In this document: positions 26,560-35,045 of the stretch, piece by piece | Layout: each line of letters starts with the position of its first letter | How positions within the stretch are numbered: position 1 is the first letter of the stretch | Assembly: GCA_030632085.1 (NCBI GenBank) | Contig: DAOVJY010000002.1 | Location: 77,325-141,324, forward strand | DNA length: 64,000 nt | From: Candidatus Omnitrophota bacterium | GTDB lineage: Bacteria; Omnitrophota; Gorgyraeia; JAGLLT01 | Direction of reading: 5' to 3' | Translations under genes and position numbers: made by a program | Notes under the pieces: generated by a model | What the model was told of the DNA's origin: nothing | Database searches by the model: none | The model's input: only the letters and a program-made list of their open reading frames with translations

Positions 26560-27432
26560 ATGTTGAATTTAAAGGTTAATGCTTTAAGAGATATCAAAAA
26601 TGATGTTGTTGAGGTTTTAGAAAAAGCTGAAGTAGAAGGGTGCTTAGAGGAGGCCGAAATACTAATTTGCGAAGCTTTTAATATTAATAGGCTTGAAATA
26701 TATGCAGGAGATTATAAGCCAAGCGCGAATCAGTTAAAGAAGTTATCAGCTTGGTTGCAGAAAAGATGCCAACATATACCATTAGGATATGTTATTAATA
26801 AAGCTTTTTTCTATGGAAATGAATTTTACGTTGATGAGGGTGTTCTTATTCCCAGATGCGAAACGGAAGTGTTAGTGGACTCTGTGCTTAACCTCTTTAA
26901 AGACAAAGGGTTAAGCGAAAAAATGATCGTAGATATAGGTACAGGATGTGGAAATATAGCTATTTCATTGACAAAACACCTAAGTAGTTGTAAAATAATG
27001 GCTACCGATATTTGTCCTAAAGCCATATCTGTCGCAAAGAAAAACGTAAATAAATTCGGTTTAGAGGCAAATATTGCTCTTTTACAAGGTGATTTATTTG
27101 AATCTCTTGAAAATTACAGAGGTAAAATTGATGCTATCGTATCTAACCCGCCATATATAAGTCAGGTTGAGATGGATGTTCTCTCGAAAGATGTAAAACA
27201 TGAGCCGTATATAAGTCTTTATGGCGGTAGAAACGGCCTGGATTTTTATGAAAGATTTTTTCAGGAGGCGGCCGATTATTTAACTGACGATGGCCTTATT
27301 TTTTTTGAAATAGGATGTAAGCAAGGCAATGCCGCGCGCGCTTTATGTGAAGCGTCAAGCAGCTTCAGTTTTTTAAAAATTATAAAAGATTATAGGCAGC
27401 TTGATAGAGTTATTTGTTGTAGAAAGAATTAA
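26560..27432 (+). CDS. prmC: Release factor glutamine N5-methyltransferase
   Basis: The NPPY motif (VSNPPYI) and SAM-binding motif DIGTGCGNIA. Confidence 0.9.
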   Translation: MLNLKVNALRDIKNDVVEVLEKAEVEGCLEEAEILICEAFNINRLEIYAGDYKPSANQLKKLSAWLQKRCQHIPLGYVINKAFFYGNEFYVDEGVLIPRCETEVLVDSVLNLFKDKGLSEKMIVDIGTGCGNIAISLTKHLSSCKIMATDICPKAISVAKKNVNKFGLEANIALLQGDLFESLENYRGKIDAIVSNPPYISQVEMDVLSKDVKHEPYISLYGGRNGLDFYERFFQEAADYLTDDGLIFFEIGCKQGNAARALCEASSSFSFLKIIKDYRQLDRVICCRKN

Positions 27433-27440
27433 AGATATCT

Positions 27441-28703
27441 ATGGATAAAATACTGATTAATGGCGGCAAACCGCTAAAAGGTGAAGTAACTATAAGCGGC
27501 GCTAAGAATGCTGTGCTGCCTATATTGGCGGCAACGTTACTGACTGAAGAGAAGTGTACTATAAACAATGTGCCGCAAGTGGTTGATGTTCGTACTTTGA
27601 TAAAAATACTGAAATCTCTGGGGCTTAAAATTGTAACTGATAAAGATAAAATAGAAATAACTCCGGGTAATTATAATAATTACACCGCTCCATACGAATT
27701 AGTTAGTACTATGCGGGCTTCAATCTGCGTTTTAGGCCCCCTTTTAGCTAAACTTAAAAGAGCTAAAGTTTCCATTCCCGGAGGTTGCGTTATCGGCTTA
27801 AGGCCGATAGACCTCCATCTGAAGGGACTAAAGAGCCTCGGAGCCGATATTGAATTTAAGCATGGTTATATTGACGCTAAAACCAAGAAATTACAAGGAA
27901 ACAATATTTATTTAGGCGGCTCTTTCGGATCAAGCGTATTAGCTACAGCTAATATTATGATGGCAGCTGTTTTGGCCGAGGGGCAAACAGTTATTGAGAA
28001 TGCCGCCTGCGAACCCGAAATTGTAGACCTGGCAAAGTTCTTAATAAAAATGGGAGCTAATATCACGGGCCACAGTTCACCTATGATAGTAATAGAAGGT
28101 GTAAAAAAACTTCACGGGGCGGAACATACGGTAATCGGTGATAGAATTGAAGCCGGGACATATATGATAGCCGCCGCTATGACTAAAGGTGAAGTTATTT
28201 TAAAAAATAGTTGTTTAGCTCATCTCGGTGTAGTTATTGATAAATTAAGAGAAGCCGGGGTAAATGTTGATAAAGCGGATGGTATTATCAAGGTGAGTAG
28301 AAATGCTGAATTAAGGCCTATTGATGTAACCACTTTGCCTTATCCGGGTTTTCCAACCGACTTACAGGCTCAGATGACAGCTTTTTTGTCTATGGCTAAC
28401 GGTATAAGTGTTATAACCGAGAAAATATATCCCAGCCGCTTTATTCATGTAAGTGAATTAAACCGAATGGGAGCTGATATATTTATTGAAGGGCCCAGCG
28501 CTATTATAAGAGGAGTTAAGTCTTTAAGTGGTGCTCCGGTAATGGCATCGGATTTAAGAGCATCCGCCGCATTGATATTAGCTGGATTGGCTGCTGAAGG
28601 TTCTTCGGAAATATCAAGAGTTTACCATCTAGATAGAGGATATGAAAGAATAGAGAAAAAACTCTCAAAACTGGGAGCGGATATAAAAAGAGTTAAAAGT
28701 TAA
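27441..28703 (+). CDS. murA: UDP-N-acetylglucosamine 1-carboxyvinyltransferase
   Basis: 420 aa with the EPSP-synthase-like fold and the catalytic-loop region LRPIDLHLKGL. Confidence 0.9.
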   Translation: MDKILINGGKPLKGEVTISGAKNAVLPILAATLLTEEKCTINNVPQVVDVRTLIKILKSLGLKIVTDKDKIEITPGNYNNYTAPYELVSTMRASICVLGPLLAKLKRAKVSIPGGCVIGLRPIDLHLKGLKSLGADIEFKHGYIDAKTKKLQGNNIYLGGSFGSSVLATANIMMAAVLAEGQTVIENAACEPEIVDLAKFLIKMGANITGHSSPMIVIEGVKKLHGAEHTVIGDRIEAGTYMIAAAMTKGEVILKNSCLAHLGVVIDKLREAGVNVDKADGIIKVSRNAELRPIDVTTLPYPGFPTDLQAQMTAFLSMANGISVITEKIYPSRFIHVSELNRMGADIFIEGPSAIIRGVKSLSGAPVMASDLRASAALILAGLAAEGSSEISRVYHLDRGYERIEKKLSKLGADIKRVKS

Positions 28704-28748
28704 TTCTCCGCCTAAGGCGGATCATTAAAAAAAGGAGTATGATTTAAA

Positions 28749-28991
28749 ATGGCGGTAAAAATAAGATTAAAAAGAATTGGTTCAAAGAAAAGAGCTTTTT
28801 ATCGAGTTGTAGTTACTGATGAAAGAACAACCAGAGACGGTAGGGTTATTGAAGAGTTGGGAAGTTATGATCCAAACCAGACTTCTCAAAAGGTAGCTAT
28901 TAATATAGAAAGAGCTAAGTATTGGGTTGGAAAAGGCGCTGTTGCCACTAAGACTGTAGGTAATATTTTAAAGTCTCAAAACGTTCTTTAA
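28749..28991 (+). CDS. rpsP: 30S ribosomal protein S16
   Basis: MAVKIRLKRIGSKKRAFYRVVV. Confidence 0.95.
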   Translation: MAVKIRLKRIGSKKRAFYRVVVTDERTTRDGRVIEELGSYDPNQTSQKVAINIERAKYWVGKGAVATKTVGNILKSQNVL

Positions 28992-28996
28992 TATAT

Positions 28997-29704
28997 ATGT
29001 TGCAAATTGATGTAGTAACTATTTTCCCGGAAATATTTAAAGCGGTTGTAAGCGAAAGCATAATTAAGCGCGCGCAGGAAAAGAAAAAAGTCGCGATTAA
29101 TATTCATAATTTGAGAGATTACGCGGATAACCGTCATAAAAAAGTGGACGATAGGCCATTTGGAGGCGGCCCCGGGATGGTAATAAGTCCGGTTCCGGTC
29201 TTTAAGGCTGTAAAAAAAATTAAGGGAAGAAGTAAAGCGGCCAAAGTAATACTTTTGACTCCTCAGGGGAAAAAATTAGACCAGAAGAAAGTTCAGTTGT
29301 TATCAATTGAAAAAAGGTTGATTTTTTTATGTCCGCATTATGAGGGTATAGATGAAAGGGTCAGGCAAGAATTGGTTGATGAGGAAATATCTATTGGAGA
29401 TTATATTCTTACCGGCGGAGAGTTACCGGCGCTAGTTATTATAGATTCAGTTGTGCGTTTATTGCCGGGAGTTTTAGGTGATGAGGATTCCATAAAATCG
29501 GAGTCATTTGCAGATAATTTACTTGAATATCCTCATTACACACGTCCGGCAGACTTAAAAGGTATGAATGTACCGGAAGTATTGCTTTGCGGTAATCACA
29601 AGAAGATAGAACAGTGGAGAAGACAGCAATCAATATCCAAAACCAGAAATAAAAGGATGGATTTATACAATAAATATTTAAAAGAAAATAAGAGTAATAA
29701 ATAA
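28997..29704 (+). CDS. trmD: tRNA (guanine37-N1)-methyltransferase
   Basis: SPOUT knot motifs IGDYILTGGELPALVIIDSVVRLLPGV. Confidence 0.9.
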   Translation: MLQIDVVTIFPEIFKAVVSESIIKRAQEKKKVAINIHNLRDYADNRHKKVDDRPFGGGPGMVISPVPVFKAVKKIKGRSKAAKVILLTPQGKKLDQKKVQLLSIEKRLIFLCPHYEGIDERVRQELVDEEISIGDYILTGGELPALVIIDSVVRLLPGVLGDEDSIKSESFADNLLEYPHYTRPADLKGMNVPEVLLCGNHKKIEQWRRQQSISKTRNKRMDLYNKYLKENKSNK

Positions 29705-29723
29705 TTATCAAGGAGGCCAAAAA

Positions 29724-30071
29724 ATGAACAAAGTACAATTAATTGAAAAAAAACAATTAAGAGATGATATGCCCCAATTTAAGGCGGGAGATTCTCTTAA
29801 GGTGCATGTACGAATTAAAGAAGATGAAAAGGAGCGTTTACAGATATTTGAAGGTATTGTTTTGGGAGTGAAAGGTGTCGGTATAAAGAAGACTTTCACT
29901 ATTCGTAAAATTTCTTATGGGGTGGGAGTTGAGAGGACTTTTCCTCTGCATTCACCGAATTTAAAGAAAATTGAACTAATTAAAAAGAGTAAAATGAAAC
30001 GCGCCAAATTCTACTATCTAAGAGATAGGGCGAGTAAGAAATTTAAAGTAGAAGAAGAAAGAAGCCGATAG
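29724..30071 (+). CDS. rplS: 50S ribosomal protein L19
   Basis: FKAGDSLKVHVRIKE...RLQIFEGIV. Confidence 0.95.
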   Translation: MNKVQLIEKKQLRDDMPQFKAGDSLKVHVRIKEDEKERLQIFEGIVLGVKGVGIKKTFTIRKISYGVGVERTFPLHSPNLKKIELIKKSKMKRAKFYYLRDRASKKFKVEEERSR

Positions 30072-30190
30072 GTTTTAATATTTTTTAAATTTTTTGATTA
30101 ATTATTATTACTTTTTTAATGCAACCCGAGTCTTGATTCTAGTTACAGGTCAGTTTTTTAAGATTAGATTTATAACCTTTTAATCAAAAG

Positions 30191-30793
30191 ATGTATATAA
30201 AAAAAGCTGTACAAACATATTTAAATGATCTTTCATCCAAAAAGCCGACTCCGGGCGGAGGCAGCGCGGCCGCGCTTGTGGGAGCAAACGGCGCGGCTTT
30301 AATATTAATGGTAGCTGAATTTTCTCGAAAAAATCAACAAGTCGCGGCCGTCATGAGGGAAGCTAAAAAGATTAAGACAGATTTAGCGGCCTTTGTAGAC
30401 ATAGATGTTAAAGAATATAAAAAAGTCGCTTTAGCGTACAAAAAACCTACCGGAACCGCTGCTCAGATAATATCCAGAAAACGTATTATTTCACAAGCAT
30501 TAATTTCAGCTTTAAAAGTATCTGAAGACATTTGTAATCTTTGCTTTAAGGGGATAAGATTGAGTAAGAGACTTGTGAAAATAGGCAATACAAATTTAAT
30601 AACAGATACCGCTATTAGCGCGTTCTTTTTTGAGGCCGCTTTTAGAAGTTCTTTTTATAACATTAAAATAAACTTAAAATGCTTAAAAGATAAAAGGCTT
30701 GCTCAGGCAAAAATTGCAAAATATAAAAAGCTGGAAAAACAAATAAGAAAATTAAGAGAAGAAACACTAAAAAACGTGGATAAATATCTATGA
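30191..30793 (+). CDS. Cyclodeaminase/cyclohydrolase-family protein (FTCD C-terminal-like; putative methenyl-THF cyclohydrolase)
   Basis: PTPGGGSAAALVGANGAALILMVAEFS is the folate-binding signature of this family. The gene sits immediately upstream of folD. Confidence 0.7.
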   Translation: MYIKKAVQTYLNDLSSKKPTPGGGSAAALVGANGAALILMVAEFSRKNQQVAAVMREAKKIKTDLAAFVDIDVKEYKKVALAYKKPTGTAAQIISRKRIISQALISALKVSEDICNLCFKGIRLSKRLVKIGNTNLITDTAISAFFFEAAFRSSFYNIKINLKCLKDKRLAQAKIAKYKKLEKQIRKLREETLKNVDKYL

Positions 30794-31692
30794 GCGCGAA
30801 AATATTAGATGGCAAAACTATTGCCGCTGAGATAAAAGGTGAATTAAAAAAAGAAGTAGCCGGCCTGAAAGAGGAATTTAACTCTTCAATAAAGCTTGTT
30901 TCTCTACAGGTTGGCAATAATGGCGGCATAGAAAGTTATCTAAAATCGCAAAAGGACTTAGCAGCCGACCTGGGGATTGATTTTGAGGCTATGTCTTTAG
31001 GCGAGGCAACCGATAGCCAAACATTGCTTAAGCATATTAGAGATCTTAATGAGAACAAGAATGTCAACGCTGTAATCTTGCAGAGGCCGTTACCCGATAA
31101 ACTTGATTCTCAGGAGAAGGAAGAGAAATTAGCTTTTGAGCAGCAAATATCAGCGGATAAAGATGCCGAAGGGTTACATTTAAAAAATTTAGGCAGTCTT
31201 TTCTATGAGACAAAATTGAAGCAATGTCTTTGGGGGAAAATTGCTCCATGTACCGCTCAGGCTGTAATGGAGATTATTAGGTCAACCGCACTGGGAGTCC
31301 GCGGTAAAGAAGCGGTTATAATTGGACACAGTAAGATAATTGGAAAACCTTTATCATTAATGCTTCTTAATGATTTTGCGACCACAACCGTGTGTCATAT
31401 TGCCACTAAAGATATTAAAAGCCATGTGGAAAAAGCCGATATTTTAATAAGCGCCGTAGGTAAACCGGGACTTATAAAGGGCGCTTGGGTAAAGGAAAAT
31501 TCTATTGTTATAGATGTGGGAACGGCCAGGGTTGACGGCCGCCTAAAAGGTGATGTAGAATTTGAAGAAGCAAAAGAAAGAGCCGCTTATATTACTCCCG
31601 TTCCCGGAGGAGTTGGCCCCCTAACTACCGCTATGTTAATGAAAAACGTTGTAAGATTGTTTGCAAATAATTATGATAAGAAAAATATCTGA
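30790..31692 (+). CDS. folD: Bifunctional methylene-THF dehydrogenase / methenyl-THF cyclohydrolase
   Basis: The YLKSQKDLAADLGI/ILQRPLP motif and Rossmann motif GHSKIIGKPL; an internal insertion of about 30 aa is present. Confidence 0.85.
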   Translation: MSAKILDGKTIAAEIKGELKKEVAGLKEEFNSSIKLVSLQVGNNGGIESYLKSQKDLAADLGIDFEAMSLGEATDSQTLLKHIRDLNENKNVNAVILQRPLPDKLDSQEKEEKLAFEQQISADKDAEGLHLKNLGSLFYETKLKQCLWGKIAPCTAQAVMEIIRSTALGVRGKEAVIIGHSKIIGKPLSLMLLNDFATTTVCHIATKDIKSHVEKADILISAVGKPGLIKGAWVKENSIVIDVGTARVDGRLKGDVEFEEAKERAAYITPVPGGVGPLTTAMLMKNVVRLFANNYDKKNI

Positions 31693-32554
31693 TATATTCA
31701 AAGAAAAAGAAAAAACTCTTGGGTTTGAATTTTTTCCTCCCAAGACTCCTAAGGGCTTGTTGAAGCTTTATGAAACCGCGCATTTATTAAAGGATTTACA
31801 ACCTGATTATTGTTCGGTTACATATGGAGCGGGGGGTAACACAAAAGATAAAACTATGGAAGTTGTAGATGAACTGCAAAAGCGTTTTGGTTTGCCGGTG
31901 ATGCATCACTTAACTTGCAATCGTCATAGCATATCTGAAATTAAACAAATATTAAACCGTATGCAGGAAAGAAACATCCGCAATGTTTTAGCTTTATATG
32001 GAGATTTACCGCAAGATGAAAGCATTTGTCTCGAAGATAAGAAAGAGATAAAATATTGTTATGAGTTGTGTAAAATTTTAAAATCACGCGGTGATTATTT
32101 TTGTGTCGCTGTTGCCGGCTTTCCTTATGGACATATAAATTCCCCCGATAGGGATACTGATATTGAATATCTTAAAATAAAACTTGAATCCGGAGGGGAT
32201 TTTGTTATTACTCAGTTGTTTTTTGATAACGCGGTATATTTTGAGTATATTGAAAAATTAAGAAGAGCTAAGATACAAACCAGGGTTATCCCCGGCATTT
32301 TGCCCATAGTAAATTATGAAAAAATGCTTAAATTCTGCGCTGATTGCGAAGTAGTTGTTCCTAAAGAAGTGCATGAAATATTTAAGCCTATCACTCAAGA
32401 TGAAGAAGCTACTCGAAAAGCCGGTGTGGACTTTGCTGTTAAGCAATGCAGGGAGTTGCTTAATAAGGGAGCTCCCGGATTACATTTCTTTACTCTTAAT
32501 AAGGCGGATCCTGTCAGAGAAATTATAATACAGTTAAGAGAGGATAAATCATAA
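31673..32554 (+). CDS. metF: 5,10-methylenetetrahydrofolate reductase
   Basis: GFEFFPPKT and SVTYGAGGNT motifs. ATG 31673 is preferred over TTG 31661; the gene overlaps the folD 3' end. Confidence 0.85.
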   Translation: MIRKISDIFKEKEKTLGFEFFPPKTPKGLLKLYETAHLLKDLQPDYCSVTYGAGGNTKDKTMEVVDELQKRFGLPVMHHLTCNRHSISEIKQILNRMQERNIRNVLALYGDLPQDESICLEDKKEIKYCYELCKILKSRGDYFCVAVAGFPYGHINSPDRDTDIEYLKIKLESGGDFVITQLFFDNAVYFEYIEKLRRAKIQTRVIPGILPIVNYEKMLKFCADCEVVVPKEVHEIFKPITQDEEATRKAGVDFAVKQCRELLNKGAPGLHFFTLNKADPVREIIIQLREDKS

Positions 32555-32563
32555 TATTTTCTT

Positions 32564-33400
32564 ATGCAAAATAGTAAAATTACATTATCAACCTTAAGGC
32601 AAGCAAAAGAAAGCAAGCGAAAAATAACTATGCTTACCGCTTATAACTATCCGCAAGGCCTTTTAGTGGATGGGGTGGGTATAGATATAATTTTAGTTGG
32701 AGATTCTTTGGGCAATACAGTTTTGGGTTATGAGTCAACAGTCGCGGTTACTATGGATGAAATGCTTCATCATTCGAAAGCTGTAAGGAGAGCTGTCAAA
32801 AATTCCTTTTTGATTGGTGATATGCCTTTCATGTCTTATAATAATACTCGCAAAGAAGCCATAAAGAATGCCGGTAGGTTTCTTAAGGAAGCCGGTTGCG
32901 ATGCTGTAAAGCTTGAGGGCGGAACAGAAGTGGTAAACGCGGTAAAATACATTGTTAAGGCGGGCATTCCCGTGTTGGGGCACTTAGGATTAACTCCTCA
33001 GACAGTATCTATGTTGGGAGGCTATAAAGTTCAAGGTAAAAAAGCTAAAAAGGCCCGTGAAATAATAGAAGCGGCCTTTGCTTTGCAGGAAGCCGGTTGT
33101 TTTGGGTTGGTTTTAGAATGTGTACCCTGGCAGTTAGCAAAAAAAATAACTCAAGAATTAAAAATATTTACGATTGGTATAGGGGCGGGTTCGAATTGCG
33201 ACGGCCAGGTATTAGTGCTCTATGATTTGTTAGGGGTTTCTCTTGGTCACAAACCTTCTTTTGTTAAGCGGTATGCTGACGTTACCTCAGTGGTCACCAA
33301 GGCCATAAATAATTATAAAAAAGATGTTACCTCGGGTAAGTTTCCTTCCAAGAAGCAATCTTTTTCCATGAAGAAAGATGAATGGGAGAAAATATCGTGA
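32564..33400 (+). CDS. panB: 3-methyl-2-oxobutanoate hydroxymethyltransferase
   Basis: MLTAYNYP, VGDSLGNTVLGYEST and KLEGG motifs. Confidence 0.9.
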   Translation: MQNSKITLSTLRQAKESKRKITMLTAYNYPQGLLVDGVGIDIILVGDSLGNTVLGYESTVAVTMDEMLHHSKAVRRAVKNSFLIGDMPFMSYNNTRKEAIKNAGRFLKEAGCDAVKLEGGTEVVNAVKYIVKAGIPVLGHLGLTPQTVSMLGGYKVQGKKAKKAREIIEAAFALQEAGCFGLVLECVPWQLAKKITQELKIFTIGIGAGSNCDGQVLVLYDLLGVSLGHKPSFVKRYADVTSVVTKAINNYKKDVTSGKFPSKKQSFSMKKDEWEKIS

Positions 33401-34494
33401 AAGTTAAAAGAGTTTTTGTCGCGGCTACGAAGCAGAATGACGGTAAAACCGCTATAAGTTTAGGGTTAATTTGCGCTTTCGCGCGGGAAAATATCAATGT
33501 AGGGTTTATTAAACCCGTAGGCCAGAGATATTTAATAGAAGATGGCCAGAAGATAGATGAAGACACTCTTTTAATAAGAAATGTTTGCGATTTGCGCGGC
33601 AACTTAAAAGATATGTCCCCGGTTGCAATTGAAAGAGGTTTTACAAAAAAATACATATTGAGTAGTAAAAAAAATAATTTGGAACAATGTGTTAAAAAAG
33701 CCTTTAATAACGTGTCACGAAAAAAAGATTTAGTAGTTATTGAAGGAACGGGGCATGCCGGAGTAGGAAGTATCTTTGATTTATCTAATGCTAAAGTCGC
33801 AAAAGCGTTAAAAAGCAAGGTTGTTCTTGTGGCCGGTGGAGGGGTGGGTAGGCCGGTTGATGAAATAATGTTAAACAAGGCTCTTTTTGATAAACAAAAA
33901 GTAAAAATTGCCGGGGTTATTATTAATAAAGTCTTACCTGAAAAGTATAAAAAGATTAATAAGTTAATTAGAATAGCTTTAAAGAAAAAAGGGCTTAATG
34001 TTCTGGGAGTTATACCATACTATAAGACATTATCTAAACCCACCGTTCAACAGATATTAGATGAAGAGAAGGGCATTAATCTTTTATGCGGCAGGAAGGC
34101 GCTTGAGAATTCGGTTGATAAGATAATTGTTGGCGCGATGGAACCCCATGAAGCTTTAAATTATATAACCGGTAATAGTCTGGTTATAACCCCCGGAGAT
34201 AGAGAAGATATTATTTTAACATGCATAAGCACTCATCTGGCATCTTCAGAGCAAAGTAAGAGTATTTCAGGTATTGTTTTAACCGGCGGCATTAGGCCGC
34301 ATAGGAGTATTATGAATTTAATAAAGAAATCCGGCATACCGGTTTTGCAGGCTAAAGAAGATACGTATACGATAACCTCCAAAATTCATGATTTGATAAT
34401 TAAGGTTAAACCCTGTGATACGGAAAAAATAGAACTTATAAAAAAAATGGTCAAGAATTACGTAGATTTAAAAGCATTATACGCGGCTATGTAG
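33397..34494 (+). CDS. BioD-like P-loop + DRTGG domain protein (phosphotransacetylase N-terminal-like)
   Basis: N-terminal P-loop ATKQNDGKTAISLG and a C-terminal DRTGG-type region VLTGGIRP. GTG 33397 with SD GGGAGA is preferred over ATG 33382. Confidence 0.55.
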   Translation: MKVKRVFVAATKQNDGKTAISLGLICAFARENINVGFIKPVGQRYLIEDGQKIDEDTLLIRNVCDLRGNLKDMSPVAIERGFTKKYILSSKKNNLEQCVKKAFNNVSRKKDLVVIEGTGHAGVGSIFDLSNAKVAKALKSKVVLVAGGGVGRPVDEIMLNKALFDKQKVKIAGVIINKVLPEKYKKINKLIRIALKKKGLNVLGVIPYYKTLSKPTVQQILDEEKGINLLCGRKALENSVDKIIVGAMEPHEALNYITGNSLVITPGDREDIILTCISTHLASSEQSKSISGIVLTGGIRPHRSIMNLIKKSGIPVLQAKEDTYTITSKIHDLIIKVKPCDTEKIELIKKMVKNYVDLKALYAAM

Positions 34495-34657
34495 TGAATG
34501 ATTATTAGCGTTTAGCCATAAAAGTCATACCCTGGTGGGCACAGGCAAGTTATAAGTCAAAAGTCATAAGACACAAGTAAAAAACAAAAAATAAAAGGCT
34601 GAGAGTTGCCCGCTAAAAAATAGGATTGAACCTTAGGTGTAAAGTTAGGGATTAAAT

Positions 34658-34693
34658 GAAAAAAACCCGCTAAATATTTAGCGGGTTTTTTTT
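34658..34693. terminator. Bidirectional Rho-independent terminator
   Basis: A7-CCCGCTAAATATTTAGCGGG-T8: a perfect 10-bp palindromic stem flanked by an A-tract and a T-tract. It serves the + strand DRTGG gene and the minus-strand K-rich gene. Confidence 0.85.
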
Positions 34694-34717
34694 GATTAAT
34701 ATCTATAGAAAGTATTT

Positions 34718-34912
34718 TTACTTCTTTTTCTTCGCTGTTTTTTTCTTTACAACTTTCTTTTTTGCAACCTTTTTCTTTACTACTTTTTTCTTAGCTACCT
34801 TTTTCTTTACAACCTTTTTCTTAGCTACCTTTTTCTTTACAACCTTTTTCTTAGCTACTTTTTTTGCCACTTTCTTCACCTCCCTTTTTTTAACTATCCT
34901 TATTGAATTCAA
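34718..34912 (-). CDS. Lysine-rich histone H1-like/basic repeat protein
   Basis: Only minus-strand gene; composed of 30-nt tandem repeats encoding (KKKVAKKKVV)n. The likely start is GTG near 34870 preceded by SD GGGAGG, rather than the TTG at 34912. It ends at the bidirectional terminator. Confidence 0.55.
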   Translation of the reverse strand: MNSIRIVKKREVKKVAKKVAKKKVVKKKVAKKKVVKKKVAKKKVVKKKVAKKKVVKKKTAKKKK

Positions 34913-34962
34913 AATAAGTATACACTAAAAAATTATGAAAAACAAGACGACGAGATATTTTT

Positions 34963-34991
34963 TTTGACAATGATTTTTAGATGTCGTATAA
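34963..34991 (+). promoter_or_regulatory. Consensus sigma-70 promoter TTGACA-N17-TATAAT upstream of the rnf operon
   Basis: -35 at 34963-34968, a 17-nt spacer and -10 at 34986-34991; rnfC starts at 35046. Confidence 0.6.
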
Positions 34992-35045
34992 TAAGTACGA
35001 TTAATAGAAAAAATAAAATAATAGTTAATACAAAGGCGTATTATA

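Noticed and set aside
34692-34928. + strand ORF encoding a Phe/Thr-rich low-complexity peptide (FFFTTFFLATFF...)
   Set aside because: It is the mirror reading of the 30-nt tandem repeats and runs through the bidirectional terminator. The minus-strand Lys-rich reading has an SD and ends right at the terminator, so it is preferred.
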